A stretch of 64,000 nt of DNA. Origin: Candidatus Peribacteria bacterium RIFCSPHIGHO2_02_FULL_49_16 (GTDB lineage Bacteria; Patescibacteriota; Gracilibacteria; Peribacterales; Peribacteraceae). Below, one piece after another: positions 28,333-38,296 of this stretch. The stretch's first letter is position 1; each line of letters begins with the position of its first letter. Below the pieces are notes generated by a model. It searched no databases. It was not told where the DNA came from and was given only the letters and a program-made list of their open reading frames with translations. Location of the stretch: positions 6,331 through 70,330 of the forward strand of contig MFXT01000019.1 in NCBI GenBank assembly GCA_001788955.1, written 5' to 3'. The translations under genes were made by a program, and so were the position numbers.

Positions 28333-31323
28333 ATGATACCGCACATTCCAGAGAGAAAGTCATCAAAAATGGCTTTTGCGGAAAGTTACGAACAATTAAA
28401 TATCGATCAAAAAGAAGCAGTCGATACGATTGAGGGTCCGGTGATGGTCATCGCGGGGCCGGGGACGGGAAAGACGCAAGTTGTTGCCTTGCGTGTTGCA
28501 AATATCCTCAAAAAAACACACATGCGTCCGAGTAATATTCTTTGTCTCACCTTTTCCACGAGCGGTGCAACTGCCATGCGCGATCGGCTGAAGAAGTATA
28601 TCGGTTCGGATGCGTATGGAGTAACAGTGAACACCATTCATGGATTTTGCAATGATCTCATTGCGCAGCATTCATTGCTCTTTGAAGAATGGTCTGCATT
28701 GGAACATGTAAGTGACATCGAGCGATATCGGATCATCAATACCATTATCAATACAATGCTTCCTGATATTGCACTCGTGAATCGCAAAAATCCGTATCGA
28801 AAGAGCGGAAACATTTTGCATCGCATCAGTCAGATCAAACGTGAAGGCATTGAACTGGAGAAGTTGCGACAGATTGCGGATTTCTACGAACAAGAGCTGT
28901 CACAAAAAAGTAAGGAAAGGACGAAGGCGCATGCGAGAAATATTCGCCAGGCACGCAAGTTCAAAGAGTTTGTCACGGTCTTTCAAAAATATCAGGAAGA
29001 GCTGGAGCGATCACAGCGCTATGACTACGAGGATATGATCCTCTATGTCATTCGTGCATTGGAGGAAGAAGAATGGCTGCTTGCCGGTCTTCAGGAGCGC
29101 TATCACTACATTCTCATTGACGAATTTCAGGATACGAATGGCGCGCAAAATCGCATTGTGGAATTACTTACCACATATCCTCACCTTGATCACGAACCCA
29201 ATCTCTGTGTTGTCGGTGATGATGATCAGGCGATTTATCGCTTTCAGGGGGCTAACCTGCAAAATATTCTCGCATTCCATGCACGTTTTCCCACGTCGAA
29301 AAAAGTCGTATTGAACATGAGTTACCGCTGTCTCCAGCCGATCCTCGATGCTGCCGGCTCGCTTATTGAGCACAATACGGAGCGTCTCGTTGGAAAAATC
29401 CCCGGTCTTCAAAAAAACCTCATTTCCGCTTCACCCGCCCCCTGCCCCCTTCCTCCTACAACCACCTTCTCCCCCTCCGATGCTCTTGAACCGTGGCTCA
29501 TTGCCGAATTGGTGCAAGAGCGAATACACATGGGAGTGTCACCATCCGAAATAGCGATTCTTACTCAAACGAATGCGGAACTTTTGCCGATCTATGAAGT
29601 GCTTCGTGTGCAAAATATTCCCGTTGATATGCGCGGAAAGCTTGATCTTCTTGCACAACCGCAGATCAAGCAGCTGATCTGCATCTTGAGAGCAATTGCA
29701 AAACCGAATGAGTGCGGGCTTCTTGCCGCAGCGCTTGCCTGTGAATGTTTTGATTGTCATCCGGCGGATCTCGGCAAACTTTTTGCGCATAAAAAAGAGA
29801 AGAATATTTCATTAATGAATGTCCTTCTCTCTCTTGAAGGAGGGGAGTGGAAATTGCAAATCAATCAATATGATGCGATGATTTCTGCTCGCGATATTCT
29901 TTTGGATATTCATTATAAACTGTCGTCTCGCACGATCGTCGACACTCTGGAACATGTCCTGAAAGAATGTTCCTTAATCTTCCCCTCCCTTGAGGGAGGG
30001 GATCGAGGGGAGGGGGATACAATTGATCCTTTAACTTTTGCCCCCCTTCAGTCGTTCTTTAACCGCATCAAGTATCGTGCCTATGAGCAGCCAACCTATG
30101 ACATCAACACACTTATCGAAGATCTCGAGTACTACGAAAATCCGGAGTACGGCGATGTCCGCCTCACCTATGAAATTCCGCATCTGATCGAAGATGGCGT
30201 ACAACTCATCACCGCACACCAAAGCAAGGGATTGGAGTTTCATACCGTGATCCTTACGAATATGCGTGAAGGACAGTGGGATGGTCGTCGCCATCCGGAA
30301 TCTTTCTCCATTCCTGAAGATTTGCTCTTTGGATGGGAAAAGGATCAGAAGACATATGAAAAGAATCAGGACGAGCGACGTGTTGCTTACGTTGCCATGA
30401 CGCGTGCAAAAGAGGAACTTCTCTTTGTCGTCAGTAAAACGCAGACGCGCGGCGAAAAGAAGAAAGACGTGTCTCCATCGCGATTTATTGCAGAGGCGAA
30501 TGTGATAAGCGAAGAAGAGCGTACGCCAAAAAATGCGGAACAGTCGTCAACGTTATTGCATACTCCGGAGAGACATATTGATGAAGAGTTTGCCGCGTTC
30601 TTACGTGCCCGGCTGAAAAAATTTCATTTGTCCGTTACGGCGCTTAACCACTTCCTCGACGATCCGCAGAAATTTTTGGAGATTGATCTTCTGCAAATGC
30701 CGAAGAGTAAGACACCAAGCCTTGTATACGGAAATGCCGTGCACAACGCTTTGCAAGCGTGGGGGATGCAAAAATGTAAAATGCACAATGGAGAATTCAC
30801 CATGAATGAATTTCTGGATACATTCAGAAAATATCTCAATGAACGTGAAGTCTTAACAAAAAAAGATCGAGAGAATTTGATCCATCATGGAGAAGAGAAT
30901 CTGCCGCGGTATTACGAAGAAGTTCTTGCAGTTTCACATCCGCACATCCACAGCGTTGAGCGGGGGATTTCCACTCATCTTCCAATGTCCATTCCCATCA
31001 AAGGCCTCATCGACCGTATTGATCTTATTCATCCGTCATCAAGTGATGCTGTGATCATCGACTATAAAACCGGCATCCCAAAAACCGAAAAACAAATTCG
31101 TGACGGTGACTACTTCCGTCAACTCGTTTTCTATGCACTCCTTATCGAACATGCTGATACTGCTCTGCAGCCGAATGTCTTTATTCTCGATTTTATCGGA
31201 GAAGGGGATTATGCCCCCATTCAGCGAAAATTTACAGTTTCCGAAGCGGAAAAAGAAGAAGTGCGCACGATGATTCGGGCAGTATGGGATAAAGTACAGA
31301 ATCTGGATTTTACGCCAGTGTGA
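28333..31323 (+). CDS. UvrD/PcrA-family ATP-dependent DNA helicase with a C-terminal PD-(D/E)XK nuclease domain
   Basis: Motifs AGPGTGKT, ILIDEFQDTNGAQ, VVGDDDQAIYRFQGA, TAHQSKGLEFHTV, VAYVAMTRAKEEL. The C-terminus has GLIDRIDLI...IIDYKTG...QLVFYALL (RecB/Cas4-type nuclease). The start could instead be ATG 28369. Confidence 0.93.
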   Translation: MIPHIPERKSSKMAFAESYEQLNIDQKEAVDTIEGPVMVIAGPGTGKTQVVALRVANILKKTHMRPSNILCLTFSTSGATAMRDRLKKYIGSDAYGVTVNTIHGFCNDLIAQHSLLFEEWSALEHVSDIERYRIINTIINTMLPDIALVNRKNPYRKSGNILHRISQIKREGIELEKLRQIADFYEQELSQKSKERTKAHARNIRQARKFKEFVTVFQKYQEELERSQRYDYEDMILYVIRALEEEEWLLAGLQERYHYILIDEFQDTNGAQNRIVELLTTYPHLDHEPNLCVVGDDDQAIYRFQGANLQNILAFHARFPTSKKVVLNMSYRCLQPILDAAGSLIEHNTERLVGKIPGLQKNLISASPAPCPLPPTTTFSPSDALEPWLIAELVQERIHMGVSPSEIAILTQTNAELLPIYEVLRVQNIPVDMRGKLDLLAQPQIKQLICILRAIAKPNECGLLAAALACECFDCHPADLGKLFAHKKEKNISLMNVLLSLEGGEWKLQINQYDAMISARDILLDIHYKLSSRTIVDTLEHVLKECSLIFPSLEGGDRGEGDTIDPLTFAPLQSFFNRIKYRAYEQPTYDINTLIEDLEYYENPEYGDVRLTYEIPHLIEDGVQLITAHQSKGLEFHTVILTNMREGQWDGRRHPESFSIPEDLLFGWEKDQKTYEKNQDERRVAYVAMTRAKEELLFVVSKTQTRGEKKKDVSPSRFIAEANVISEEERTPKNAEQSSTLLHTPERHIDEEFAAFLRARLKKFHLSVTALNHFLDDPQKFLEIDLLQMPKSKTPSLVYGNAVHNALQAWGMQKCKMHNGEFTMNEFLDTFRKYLNEREVLTKKDRENLIHHGEENLPRYYEEVLAVSHPHIHSVERGISTHLPMSIPIKGLIDRIDLIHPSSSDAVIIDYKTGIPKTEKQIRDGDYFRQLVFYALLIEHADTALQPNVFILDFIGEGDYAPIQRKFTVSEAEKEEVRTMIRAVWDKVQNLDFTPV
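29825..29847 (+). repeat. Possible decayed or partial copy of the mini-element (TTCTCTCTCTTGAAGGAGGGGAG)
   Basis: About 18 of 23 positions match the 5' part of copy B. It is read in the same frame (SLEGGEW versus SLEGGDRGEG). The C-rich arm is degraded and the third arm is absent. Confidence 0.4.
29979..30016 (+). repeat. G/C-rich hairpin and G-tract mini-element, copy B (inside the helicase gene, sense orientation)
   Basis: Sequence CTTCCCCTCCCTTGAGGGAGGGGATCGAGGGGAGGGGG. It contains a perfect 8-bp hairpin CCCCTCCC-TTGA-GGGAGGGG followed by a second G-rich arm. Confidence 0.85.
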
Positions 31324-31339
31324 AGACTCTTTATTGAGC

Positions 31340-32155
31340 TTATGCGTATTCCTTCAATGCTTCACGGATGCGCTGATGAATGTCCGGTAATTCAATTCCT
31401 TGTGTGCGGAGTTTTTCTGAACTCAATAAACAATTCGATCTGCCGGTTTTTGTCACACTGCCAAGCAGATTTGCATCCAATCGCTCAACGTTGTGCGACG
31501 GATCCACGATTTTCTTGTAGAGCATCATGATTTCATAGGGAGAGATGCTTCCCGGATTGACAATGTTGTAGATTCCCGTTATTCGCTTTTCGATGAGTTT
31601 TTTTGCCGCTGCAAAAAGGTCCGGCGCATACGTCATGGAGTTTTGTACGTCGATGACGCGTTCGTATTTGAGCACTTTGGTGATGAAATTCCTATCATGC
31701 GGCTTGCCTTCAAAAGGCATGCGTGGTCGCAGGATCAATAGGGGAAACTCTTTAAGGATCTGCTCGCTCCATATCTTGGATCGGGAATAGAAACTCTCGA
31801 AGAAATTTGGCGGATCATTTTCGAGGTACCCCTTTCCGTTATTATCGCCATGATATATGCAACCGGAACTCATGTGGACAAAATAGCAACCTGCTTTCTG
31901 ACAGAGCTCCAAAAGAACGAGCGGTCCTGTGACATTTGAGCGCAACGTATCCTCTCGATGATCTTCGCACCAATCAATATTCGGCCTGCCGGTCTTGGCT
32001 GCACAGTTGATGATTATATCCGGCTGTATTCTGTCTATTTCTTTGCCGATGGCTTTAGTATCTGCGATATCCACATCACTTGCAAAACTTCCTGGAAAGA
32101 TGCGAAAGAAGTTTCCCCCCATGTAGCCTTTGGCGCCGAAAATCAAAATATTCAT
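31340..32155 (-). CDS. NAD(P)-dependent sugar-nucleotide epimerase/reductase (RmlD / NRS-ER-like)
   Basis: 271 aa with an N-terminal Rossmann motif ILIFGAKGYMGG. The C-terminal blocks NFITKVLKYERVIDVQNSMT and GIYNIVNPGSISPYEI resemble 4-keto-6-deoxyhexose 3,5-epimerase/4-reductases. Confidence 0.8.
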   Translation of the reverse strand: MNILIFGAKGYMGGNFFRIFPGSFASDVDIADTKAIGKEIDRIQPDIIINCAAKTGRPNIDWCEDHREDTLRSNVTGPLVLLELCQKAGCYFVHMSSGCIYHGDNNGKGYLENDPPNFFESFYSRSKIWSEQILKEFPLLILRPRMPFEGKPHDRNFITKVLKYERVIDVQNSMTYAPDLFAAAKKLIEKRITGIYNIVNPGSISPYEIMMLYKKIVDPSHNVERLDANLLGSVTKTGRSNCLLSSEKLRTQGIELPDIHQRIREALKEYA

Positions 32156-32263
32156 GAAATGTACAAAAAAGAAATATTCCTTGCTTCATTATCAATGAGT
32201 TGCCGGCCGAAGCCAAGAGAAGAAGGGTGGTCAATTCTCACTTTTTTTCGGTATACTTTTTTT

Positions 32264-34507
32264 ATGACCAGAAGCAAACGTCGCAGGCGATCACGCAGGA
32301 GGCGCCGAGGATCGCGCTCACTTGGGCTCGAAGCCTCGACGATTCGTGCCATTCGGGGAATGGTGAATGTCGCTGTCGGCATTCTGTTGTTTTTGGTTTT
32401 GCAGAGCGAGGCGGGAATGCTCGGGATCACATTTCAGAAATTTATCGTATTCTTTGGTGGAAAGTGGTCCATTTTGCTGCCGATTTTCTTCATTGTTTCC
32501 GGTGTGCTCAAGTGGATTCTTCCGGAAAAAGGTTTGGAACGAAAACAGAGCCTCGGCCTTGCATTTTGCCTCTTTGCGTTTTTGGGGCTCATGCATATCG
32601 GTGCGCCGCTCGAAGACGTCGGAGTACGCCGTGATGAGCTCGGCGGCGCCATCGGTTTTCTGATGAGCATTCCCTTCATCTTGTTTTTAAGTCGACCTGT
32701 CGGCTACACCGTGCTCTCGTGTCTCTTTCTTGTGGGATTGTTTCTGACATTCGAACCGAATGTATCGACGGTAATTTCTCTCTTTGCACGCGCGGCTTCG
32801 CCGCATAAAAAAACACGCGATCACTTATCGCGCCGCATCGTTGATGAAGAAGATGAGGAAGGTGCCGAGGAGTGTGATGAAGAAGAGATGACTGAAGAAG
32901 ATGATGATGTCGACGATGCAGAATTGAACATTGTGCGTCCGGTCTTTGCGCAGAAAGTGGTAAAATCGCAGGCGCAAAAGAAAATAAAAGAGGAGGCGCA
33001 GAAGAATAAGAAAAAAATTCCTGGGGGGCTTCAGATGAAAGACACACGCTACGAAGAATGGACGTTCCCGTCCTACGAATTGCTCGAAACCTCACGGAGC
33101 GAGTTGAAGATCGATGATGAACAACTTAAAAATCAAGCGGCGTTGATCGAAGAAAAACTTCTTGAGTTCGGAATCGAGGTCAAAGTGCGCGATGCGCGTC
33201 CCGGCCCGACGGTCACGCAGTTTACGCTCCAGCCGGCAGAAGGCGTAAAATTGAGCCGCATTGCATCACTGAAAGATGATCTTGCGCTTGCGCTTGCGGC
33301 GCAAAGCCTTCGCATCGAAGCGCCGATTCCCGGAAAATCTCTCGTCGGTATTGAAATGCCGAACAGTGAACGTGCATATGTGCATCTGCGTGAAATTATG
33401 GAGAGTGAAGCGTTTGCGCAAAATCTTTCTTCCGTCACATTGCCGCTTGGACGCGACGTGTCCGGCGACGCGATTGTGGCGGGACTTGATAGCATGCCCC
33501 ACATTCTCATTGCGGGTGCGACGAATTCCGGAAAATCCGTGTGTATGAATACGTTTATTACGTCGCTTCTGTACCAGAATGCGCCGCATGAATTGAAATT
33601 CATTCTCATTGATCCCAAGCGCGTGGAACTCATGCCCTATGACGGTGTTCCTCACCTCCTGACGCCGGTGATTACCGACGCCGATAAAGCGCTGCAGGCG
33701 ATGCGATGGGCGGTTGCCGAAATGAGCAGACGTCTTCAGCGGTTTTCGGAAACCGGAGCGCGCAATATTGATGAGTACAACGAGAAACAACAAAATGAAG
33801 AACAGCTTATTCCCCGCATTGTCATTATTATTGATGAGCTGGCTGATCTCATGATGCGGCAATACCGCCGTGATACGGAGATGATGATTACGCGCATTGC
33901 GCAAATGGCGCGTGCTGTGGGTATTCACCTTATCATTGCCACGCAGAGGCCGAGTGTGGATGTCATCACCGGTCTCATTAAGGCGAATATGCCAACGCGC
34001 ATTTCATTCCGCACGGTGAGTTCCGTCGACTCGAGAACGATTCTTGATTCGGTGGGAGCAGAAGATCTTCTTGGTGCGGGAGACATGCTCTATATGACGG
34101 CAACCACGCCAAAGCCCGTGCGTATTCAAGGTATATACGTTTCCACAAAAGAAGTGGCACGTGTGATCAATGCGGTGAAAATCGCGGGCGGAGGAAAAAT
34201 GAGTGAACAAATCCGCATGTCCAACGAAGGAGAAGACGACGAAGGACAAGCTGGAGGTCTTCCACCCGGCGCGTTTCAGCAGATCGATCTGGAAGCCGAT
34301 GATAACGGCGGTGACGAGCTTTTCTTCGAAGCCGTGCGTGTTGTGCAGGGAGCGGGAAAAGCTTCGGCAAGTCTGCTTCAACGCCAACTCAAAGTGGGTT
34401 ACGCGCGCGCCGCGCGGCTTCTCGATATCATGGAAGAAAAAGGACTCATCGGTCCCGCAGATGGAGCGAAAGCGCGAAAAGTGTATATCAGTGTGGGAGA
34501 GACGTAG
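32264..34507 (+). CDS. ftsK: DNA translocase FtsK/SpoIIIE
   Basis: Arg-rich N-terminus and 4-5 TM helices. The motor domain has Walker A GATNSGKS and Walker B IIIDELADLM. A gamma winged-helix domain is present (LLQRQLKVGYARAARLLDIMEEKG). The listed ORF starts at 31958, but that extension overlaps the opposite-strand gene, so ATG 32264 is used. Confidence 0.95.
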   Translation: MTRSKRRRRSRRRRRGSRSLGLEASTIRAIRGMVNVAVGILLFLVLQSEAGMLGITFQKFIVFFGGKWSILLPIFFIVSGVLKWILPEKGLERKQSLGLAFCLFAFLGLMHIGAPLEDVGVRRDELGGAIGFLMSIPFILFLSRPVGYTVLSCLFLVGLFLTFEPNVSTVISLFARAASPHKKTRDHLSRRIVDEEDEEGAEECDEEEMTEEDDDVDDAELNIVRPVFAQKVVKSQAQKKIKEEAQKNKKKIPGGLQMKDTRYEEWTFPSYELLETSRSELKIDDEQLKNQAALIEEKLLEFGIEVKVRDARPGPTVTQFTLQPAEGVKLSRIASLKDDLALALAAQSLRIEAPIPGKSLVGIEMPNSERAYVHLREIMESEAFAQNLSSVTLPLGRDVSGDAIVAGLDSMPHILIAGATNSGKSVCMNTFITSLLYQNAPHELKFILIDPKRVELMPYDGVPHLLTPVITDADKALQAMRWAVAEMSRRLQRFSETGARNIDEYNEKQQNEEQLIPRIVIIIDELADLMMRQYRRDTEMMITRIAQMARAVGIHLIIATQRPSVDVITGLIKANMPTRISFRTVSSVDSRTILDSVGAEDLLGAGDMLYMTATTPKPVRIQGIYVSTKEVARVINAVKIAGGGKMSEQIRMSNEGEDDEGQAGGLPPGAFQQIDLEADDNGGDELFFEAVRVVQGAGKASASLLQRQLKVGYARAARLLDIMEEKGLIGPADGAKARKVYISVGET

Positions 34508-35324
34508 CCGTGGTTATCCACTTTTTCCATTCTTTTCGGATGTTGTTCATTTGATCTGCATCAAATCCATATCCTTGCAGCGGAAAAGCGCGAAGAACCT
34601 CTTCCGTATTGTCGGCAATGACGGTACTGATCTGCTTTCGCCACGTGAAAAGATAATGATGGATGACGGGAAAGCGCTTGGCGTATTCTGTAAGAATGTT
34701 GATATGTGCAGGGACAATCAAATGCCCCATGGCGCGAAGCCGGGCGCGCAGTTCCGTGTGCGGCATCTTTTGGTGCTTTTCCCATGCGCGTATGGGGGTT
34801 CGCATGTAATCTGTATGCTCGATGGCCTCAAAACTTTCCTGTAATTTCGTTGCATCTGTGGCTCCCGAACGATGGTCGACTTTTCCATTGACGATCGTAT
34901 CCGTAACGGTATGGAGTTTGATTCGCAGAACGGCATCATGAACGATTTCATCGATGATACGATGGATTGCTTCGATTTCCCGTAATTCCAGATCGTGCGT
35001 TTTGGTGCCGTATGGATGATCTCCGACACATGCTTCACCCCAATCGTGACAGAGCGCCGTGAGAAGAAGCTTCTCCTGTTCCTCTGGAGAGTAACTATCG
35101 GGATCGGCTCGAAGAGCAAATGTCAAAAAAGCGCGCGTACGGTTATACACATGCCACAGATGTTGCAGATTGCATACATCCGGTCCGAGTAATTCCTTCC
35201 ACTCCTCACAAGTGACGTTCTCCGGTTTATATTGTCCGAAACGCACCTCCTGCTTCAATTTCTCGCCGAAACGGCTTTTAGAGAATATGCTGTGGATGTC
35301 TGCATAAGAAACGATACCTTTCAT
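34488..35324 (-). CDS. HD-domain metal-dependent phosphohydrolase (hypothetical)
   Basis: 278 aa with an HD signature at ALCHDWGE and further His/Asp residues downstream. Confidence 0.65.
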   Translation of the reverse strand: MKGIVSYADIHSIFSKSRFGEKLKQEVRFGQYKPENVTCEEWKELLGPDVCNLQHLWHVYNRTRAFLTFALRADPDSYSPEEQEKLLLTALCHDWGEACVGDHPYGTKTHDLELREIEAIHRIIDEIVHDAVLRIKLHTVTDTIVNGKVDHRSGATDATKLQESFEAIEHTDYMRTPIRAWEKHQKMPHTELRARLRAMGHLIVPAHINILTEYAKRFPVIHHYLFTWRKQISTVIADNTEEVLRAFPLQGYGFDADQMNNIRKEWKKWITTATSLPH

Positions 35325-35413
35325 GATAAAAATATCTCATGATCATGATCACTTTCCAAGTATTCAATATCTGAATTCGTGTTACAATACTTTTCTTGAT
35401 TTCATCAACCGCA

Positions 35414-38020
35414 ATGCCTACTCCTCTTCTTGCCACGCCTTTCTCCAAGCTGCGTCTTCTGGATTATAGCCCTCCGGAATATTTCACTCCCGAAACGCAT
35501 CTCGTTTTCCATATTGTCGACCGAACGCGCGTTGAAGTGAATGTTGCGCTTTTTGTACAGCGCAATGGTACATCAATGCCTTCTGCGTCGTTCGTGCTTA
35601 ACTGCCACGAGAGCGTGCAGATCGCCAATGTGTTCATCAATGGCGAGGAACTCGATCCCGATCAATATAGAAAAGAAAAAGATATGCTGACGATTTTGCA
35701 ATCTTTTCCTGCTGATTTTCGTATCAAGATTGATTGTGTTCTCAACCCCGAAGCGAATAAATCCGGAAAAGGATTATATGTATCCGGAGGAAATCTTGTG
35801 ACGCAGTGCGAACCGCACGGCTTCCAGTGGATCGCGCCGTCCATTGATCGACCGGATAACATGGGTGTTTTTACCACAACGCTTATTGCTGACAAAAACA
35901 GATTTCCAATACTTCTTTCCAATGGCAATAGTACGGAGGAACAAGAGCTTCCCGGAAACAAATACTCCGTGACCTTTCATGATCCTTTTCCTAAACCATC
36001 GTATCTGTTCGCGCTCTCGGCGGGGGATTTCGATTCGATGGAGGACGTGTTTACGACAATGAGCGGCAAAGAGGTTCGATTAAAGATTTTTACCGAAAAA
36101 GGAGAGATCAATCAGTGCCGTCATGCGATGGAGAGCCTGAAAAAATCCATGAAGTGGGATGAAGAGCGCTTTTGCTTGGAATGTGATTTGAACGAATTCA
36201 AGATCGTCGTGTGTCATGACTTTAATTCCGGTGCGATGGAGAATAAGGGCTTAAATATCTTCAATTCCTCCTGTGCGTATGCCGACCCAAAGACGGCGAC
36301 AGACAGCGACTTTGAGAACGTAGAACGCGTCATTGCGCATGAGTATTTCCATAACTGGACAGGAGATCGTGTGACGTGCCGCGACTGGTTCCAATTGACG
36401 TTGAAGGAAGGATTGACGGTGTTTCGCGATCAGGAATTTACCTGCGATACGCATTCGCGCGCACTGAAGCGCATCGACGATGCGCATATCATCAAAGTCG
36501 CGCAATTTTCGGAGGATGGTGGCCCGAATGCCCACCCGATCCGCCCGCAGGAGGTGGAAACGATCGATAACTTCTATACGACAACTGTCTATGACAAAGG
36601 GGCGGAAGTCATTCGTATGATTTTCACGATGATTGGCAAAGATGTTTTTTGTAAAGGGCTCAATCTGTATTTGTCCCGACATGACGGGCAGGCAGTCACG
36701 ACTGATGAGTTTGTCGATGCCATGCAAGAGGTTTCCGGTCTTGATCTCACGCAGTTTCGAAACACATGGTACAGCCAGAAGGGAACGCCGACAGTCCATG
36801 TCCAAGAAGAATATGATGCTGATCTGAAGACGTACAAGCTTCACATTGAACAGAAGCCGGCGCACGAAGGCCAGAAACCTTTTCATTTTCCTTTTATGAT
36901 GGGACTTCTGTCACATGATGGGAAAGAGATTCCCATTCAAAATAATCTTCTGCAGATCCGTGAACCAAAGCACACATTCACGTTCACCGATATTCCCTTA
37001 AAGCCGACACTTTCGGCATTGCGCAATTTTTCGGCGCCGGTGAGGCTGAAATTGGAACAATCGTCGGAGGAATTGCGACGTCTCATGATGCATGATAGTG
37101 ATCTTTATAATCGTTACGATGCTGCACAGCGATACGGAAAGATTCTTCTTCATTTACTTATTGCAGATACATCTTCCCTGAATACGGATAATCTTGATGC
37201 CTACGGCGCAATGCTCGATTCCGTGGACACAGACCCCGATTTTGCCGCACGCATTGTTCTTCTTCCGTCTCTACGCGAAATCGTGCAGGAAATGGATGTG
37301 TACGATTATGACAGTGCATATAACGCGCGCGAATTTCTTATGCGTGCCATTGCGGAAAAATATGAAGATCGCCTTGTTGCGCTGTACGAGAAATATCACA
37401 GTATCGATCCCTATAAGCTTGATCCAAAAGACATTGCCGCGCGTCGTATCAAGAATGTCTGTCTTGCCTATTTAAGCAAAATAACCGGAAAACACACCAA
37501 CCTCCTTATGAAACAGTTCCATGATGCCACGAATATGACTGACCAAGAGAACGCGTTCAGGCTCCTGTGCAACGAAAAAGGGCCGGAGCGTGATGAAGCC
37601 ATCGCGTCTTTTTACGATCAGTGGAAGCACGACAAGCTCGTCTTCTGTAAATGGGTGGAGGCGCAGTCCGTCTCGAAGCGCATGGATATCATCGAACGCA
37701 TGGAGGAAATGGAGAAGCTTCCGGAATTCGATACGCGTAATCCCAATAATATCCGATCGCTGTCGGCCTGCTTTGCCGCCATCAATAAAGTGCATTTTCA
37801 TGATATTTCTGGCGACGGCTACGTCTTTGTTGCCGATCACGTTATCGACATCGATTCCTTTAATCCGCAAATGGCCGGGGGGCTCGTAAAGCGTTTTGAT
37901 GAATATAAGAAGATGGATTGCGTTCGTCAGGAACTTATGAAGAAAGAGCTGCTGCGAATTGAGAAAAAAACGAAGACGACGAATGTACGGGAGATCGTGG
38001 GAAATATTGTAGGGGAATAA
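35414..38020 (+). CDS. pepN: Aminopeptidase N (M1 family)
   Basis: Motifs GAMENKGLNIFN, the zinc site HEYFHNWTGDRVT...LKEGLTVF, and full-length PepN-like architecture. Confidence 0.95.
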   Translation: MPTPLLATPFSKLRLLDYSPPEYFTPETHLVFHIVDRTRVEVNVALFVQRNGTSMPSASFVLNCHESVQIANVFINGEELDPDQYRKEKDMLTILQSFPADFRIKIDCVLNPEANKSGKGLYVSGGNLVTQCEPHGFQWIAPSIDRPDNMGVFTTTLIADKNRFPILLSNGNSTEEQELPGNKYSVTFHDPFPKPSYLFALSAGDFDSMEDVFTTMSGKEVRLKIFTEKGEINQCRHAMESLKKSMKWDEERFCLECDLNEFKIVVCHDFNSGAMENKGLNIFNSSCAYADPKTATDSDFENVERVIAHEYFHNWTGDRVTCRDWFQLTLKEGLTVFRDQEFTCDTHSRALKRIDDAHIIKVAQFSEDGGPNAHPIRPQEVETIDNFYTTTVYDKGAEVIRMIFTMIGKDVFCKGLNLYLSRHDGQAVTTDEFVDAMQEVSGLDLTQFRNTWYSQKGTPTVHVQEEYDADLKTYKLHIEQKPAHEGQKPFHFPFMMGLLSHDGKEIPIQNNLLQIREPKHTFTFTDIPLKPTLSALRNFSAPVRLKLEQSSEELRRLMMHDSDLYNRYDAAQRYGKILLHLLIADTSSLNTDNLDAYGAMLDSVDTDPDFAARIVLLPSLREIVQEMDVYDYDSAYNAREFLMRAIAEKYEDRLVALYEKYHSIDPYKLDPKDIAARRIKNVCLAYLSKITGKHTNLLMKQFHDATNMTDQENAFRLLCNEKGPERDEAIASFYDQWKHDKLVFCKWVEAQSVSKRMDIIERMEEMEKLPEFDTRNPNNIRSLSACFAAINKVHFHDISGDGYVFVADHVIDIDSFNPQMAGGLVKRFDEYKKMDCVRQELMKKELLRIEKKTKTTNVREIVGNIVGE

Positions 38021-38025
38021 GAAAA

Positions 38026-38047
38026 GCGCCACTCCGAAGAGTGGCGC
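38026..38047 (-). terminator. Strong hairpin GCGCCACTC-CGAA-GAGTGGCGC; a T-run follows only on the minus strand
   Basis: 9-bp GC-rich stem. On the minus strand it is followed by TTTTCTTAT. It lies between the pepN stop and the end of the small minus-strand ORF. Confidence 0.6.
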
Positions 38048-38054
38048 GAGCAGT

Positions 38055-38243
38055 TCATTGTATCATGATTCCCACAACGCTTGCCGTCATCATGGTGACA
38101 AGCGTTCCGCCGAGCATGGCACGCAAGGCCAGCTGTGCGATTTCTTTTTTCCGTTCAGGGACCAATTGGCCGATGCCGCCGATCTGGATTCCCATAGACA
38201 CGAAGTTTGCGAATCCACACCCTTTCCAAAGAGGAAGAAGCAA
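38055..38243 (-). CDS. Possible small membrane protein (62 aa, TTG start)
   Basis: Two hydrophobic stretches, and a minus-strand intrinsic terminator lies just downstream. There is no clear RBS and the start codon is non-ATG, so support is weak. Confidence 0.3.
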   Translation of the reverse strand: MLLPLWKGCGFANFVSMGIQIGGIGQLVPERKKEIAQLALRAMLGGTLVTMMTASVVGIMIQ

Positions 38244-38266
38244 GAAGTAATATTATTACAACGATG

Positions 38267-38296
38267 ATGTATCAATTAATTGATTAATTGATGTAT
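38267..38296. repeat. 30-bp AT-rich palindrome, copy 1 (ATGTATCAATTAATTGATTAATTGATGTAT)
   Basis: 28 of 30 positions match copy 2. It overlaps the 5' end of the TrpR-like ORF. Confidence 0.9.

Noticed and set aside
31958-32263. N-terminal 102-aa extension of the ftsK ORF.
   Set aside because: It overlaps the well-supported epimerase/reductase gene on the opposite strand. The FtsK-like sequence only begins at ATG 32264 (MTRSKRRRR..., followed by TM helices).
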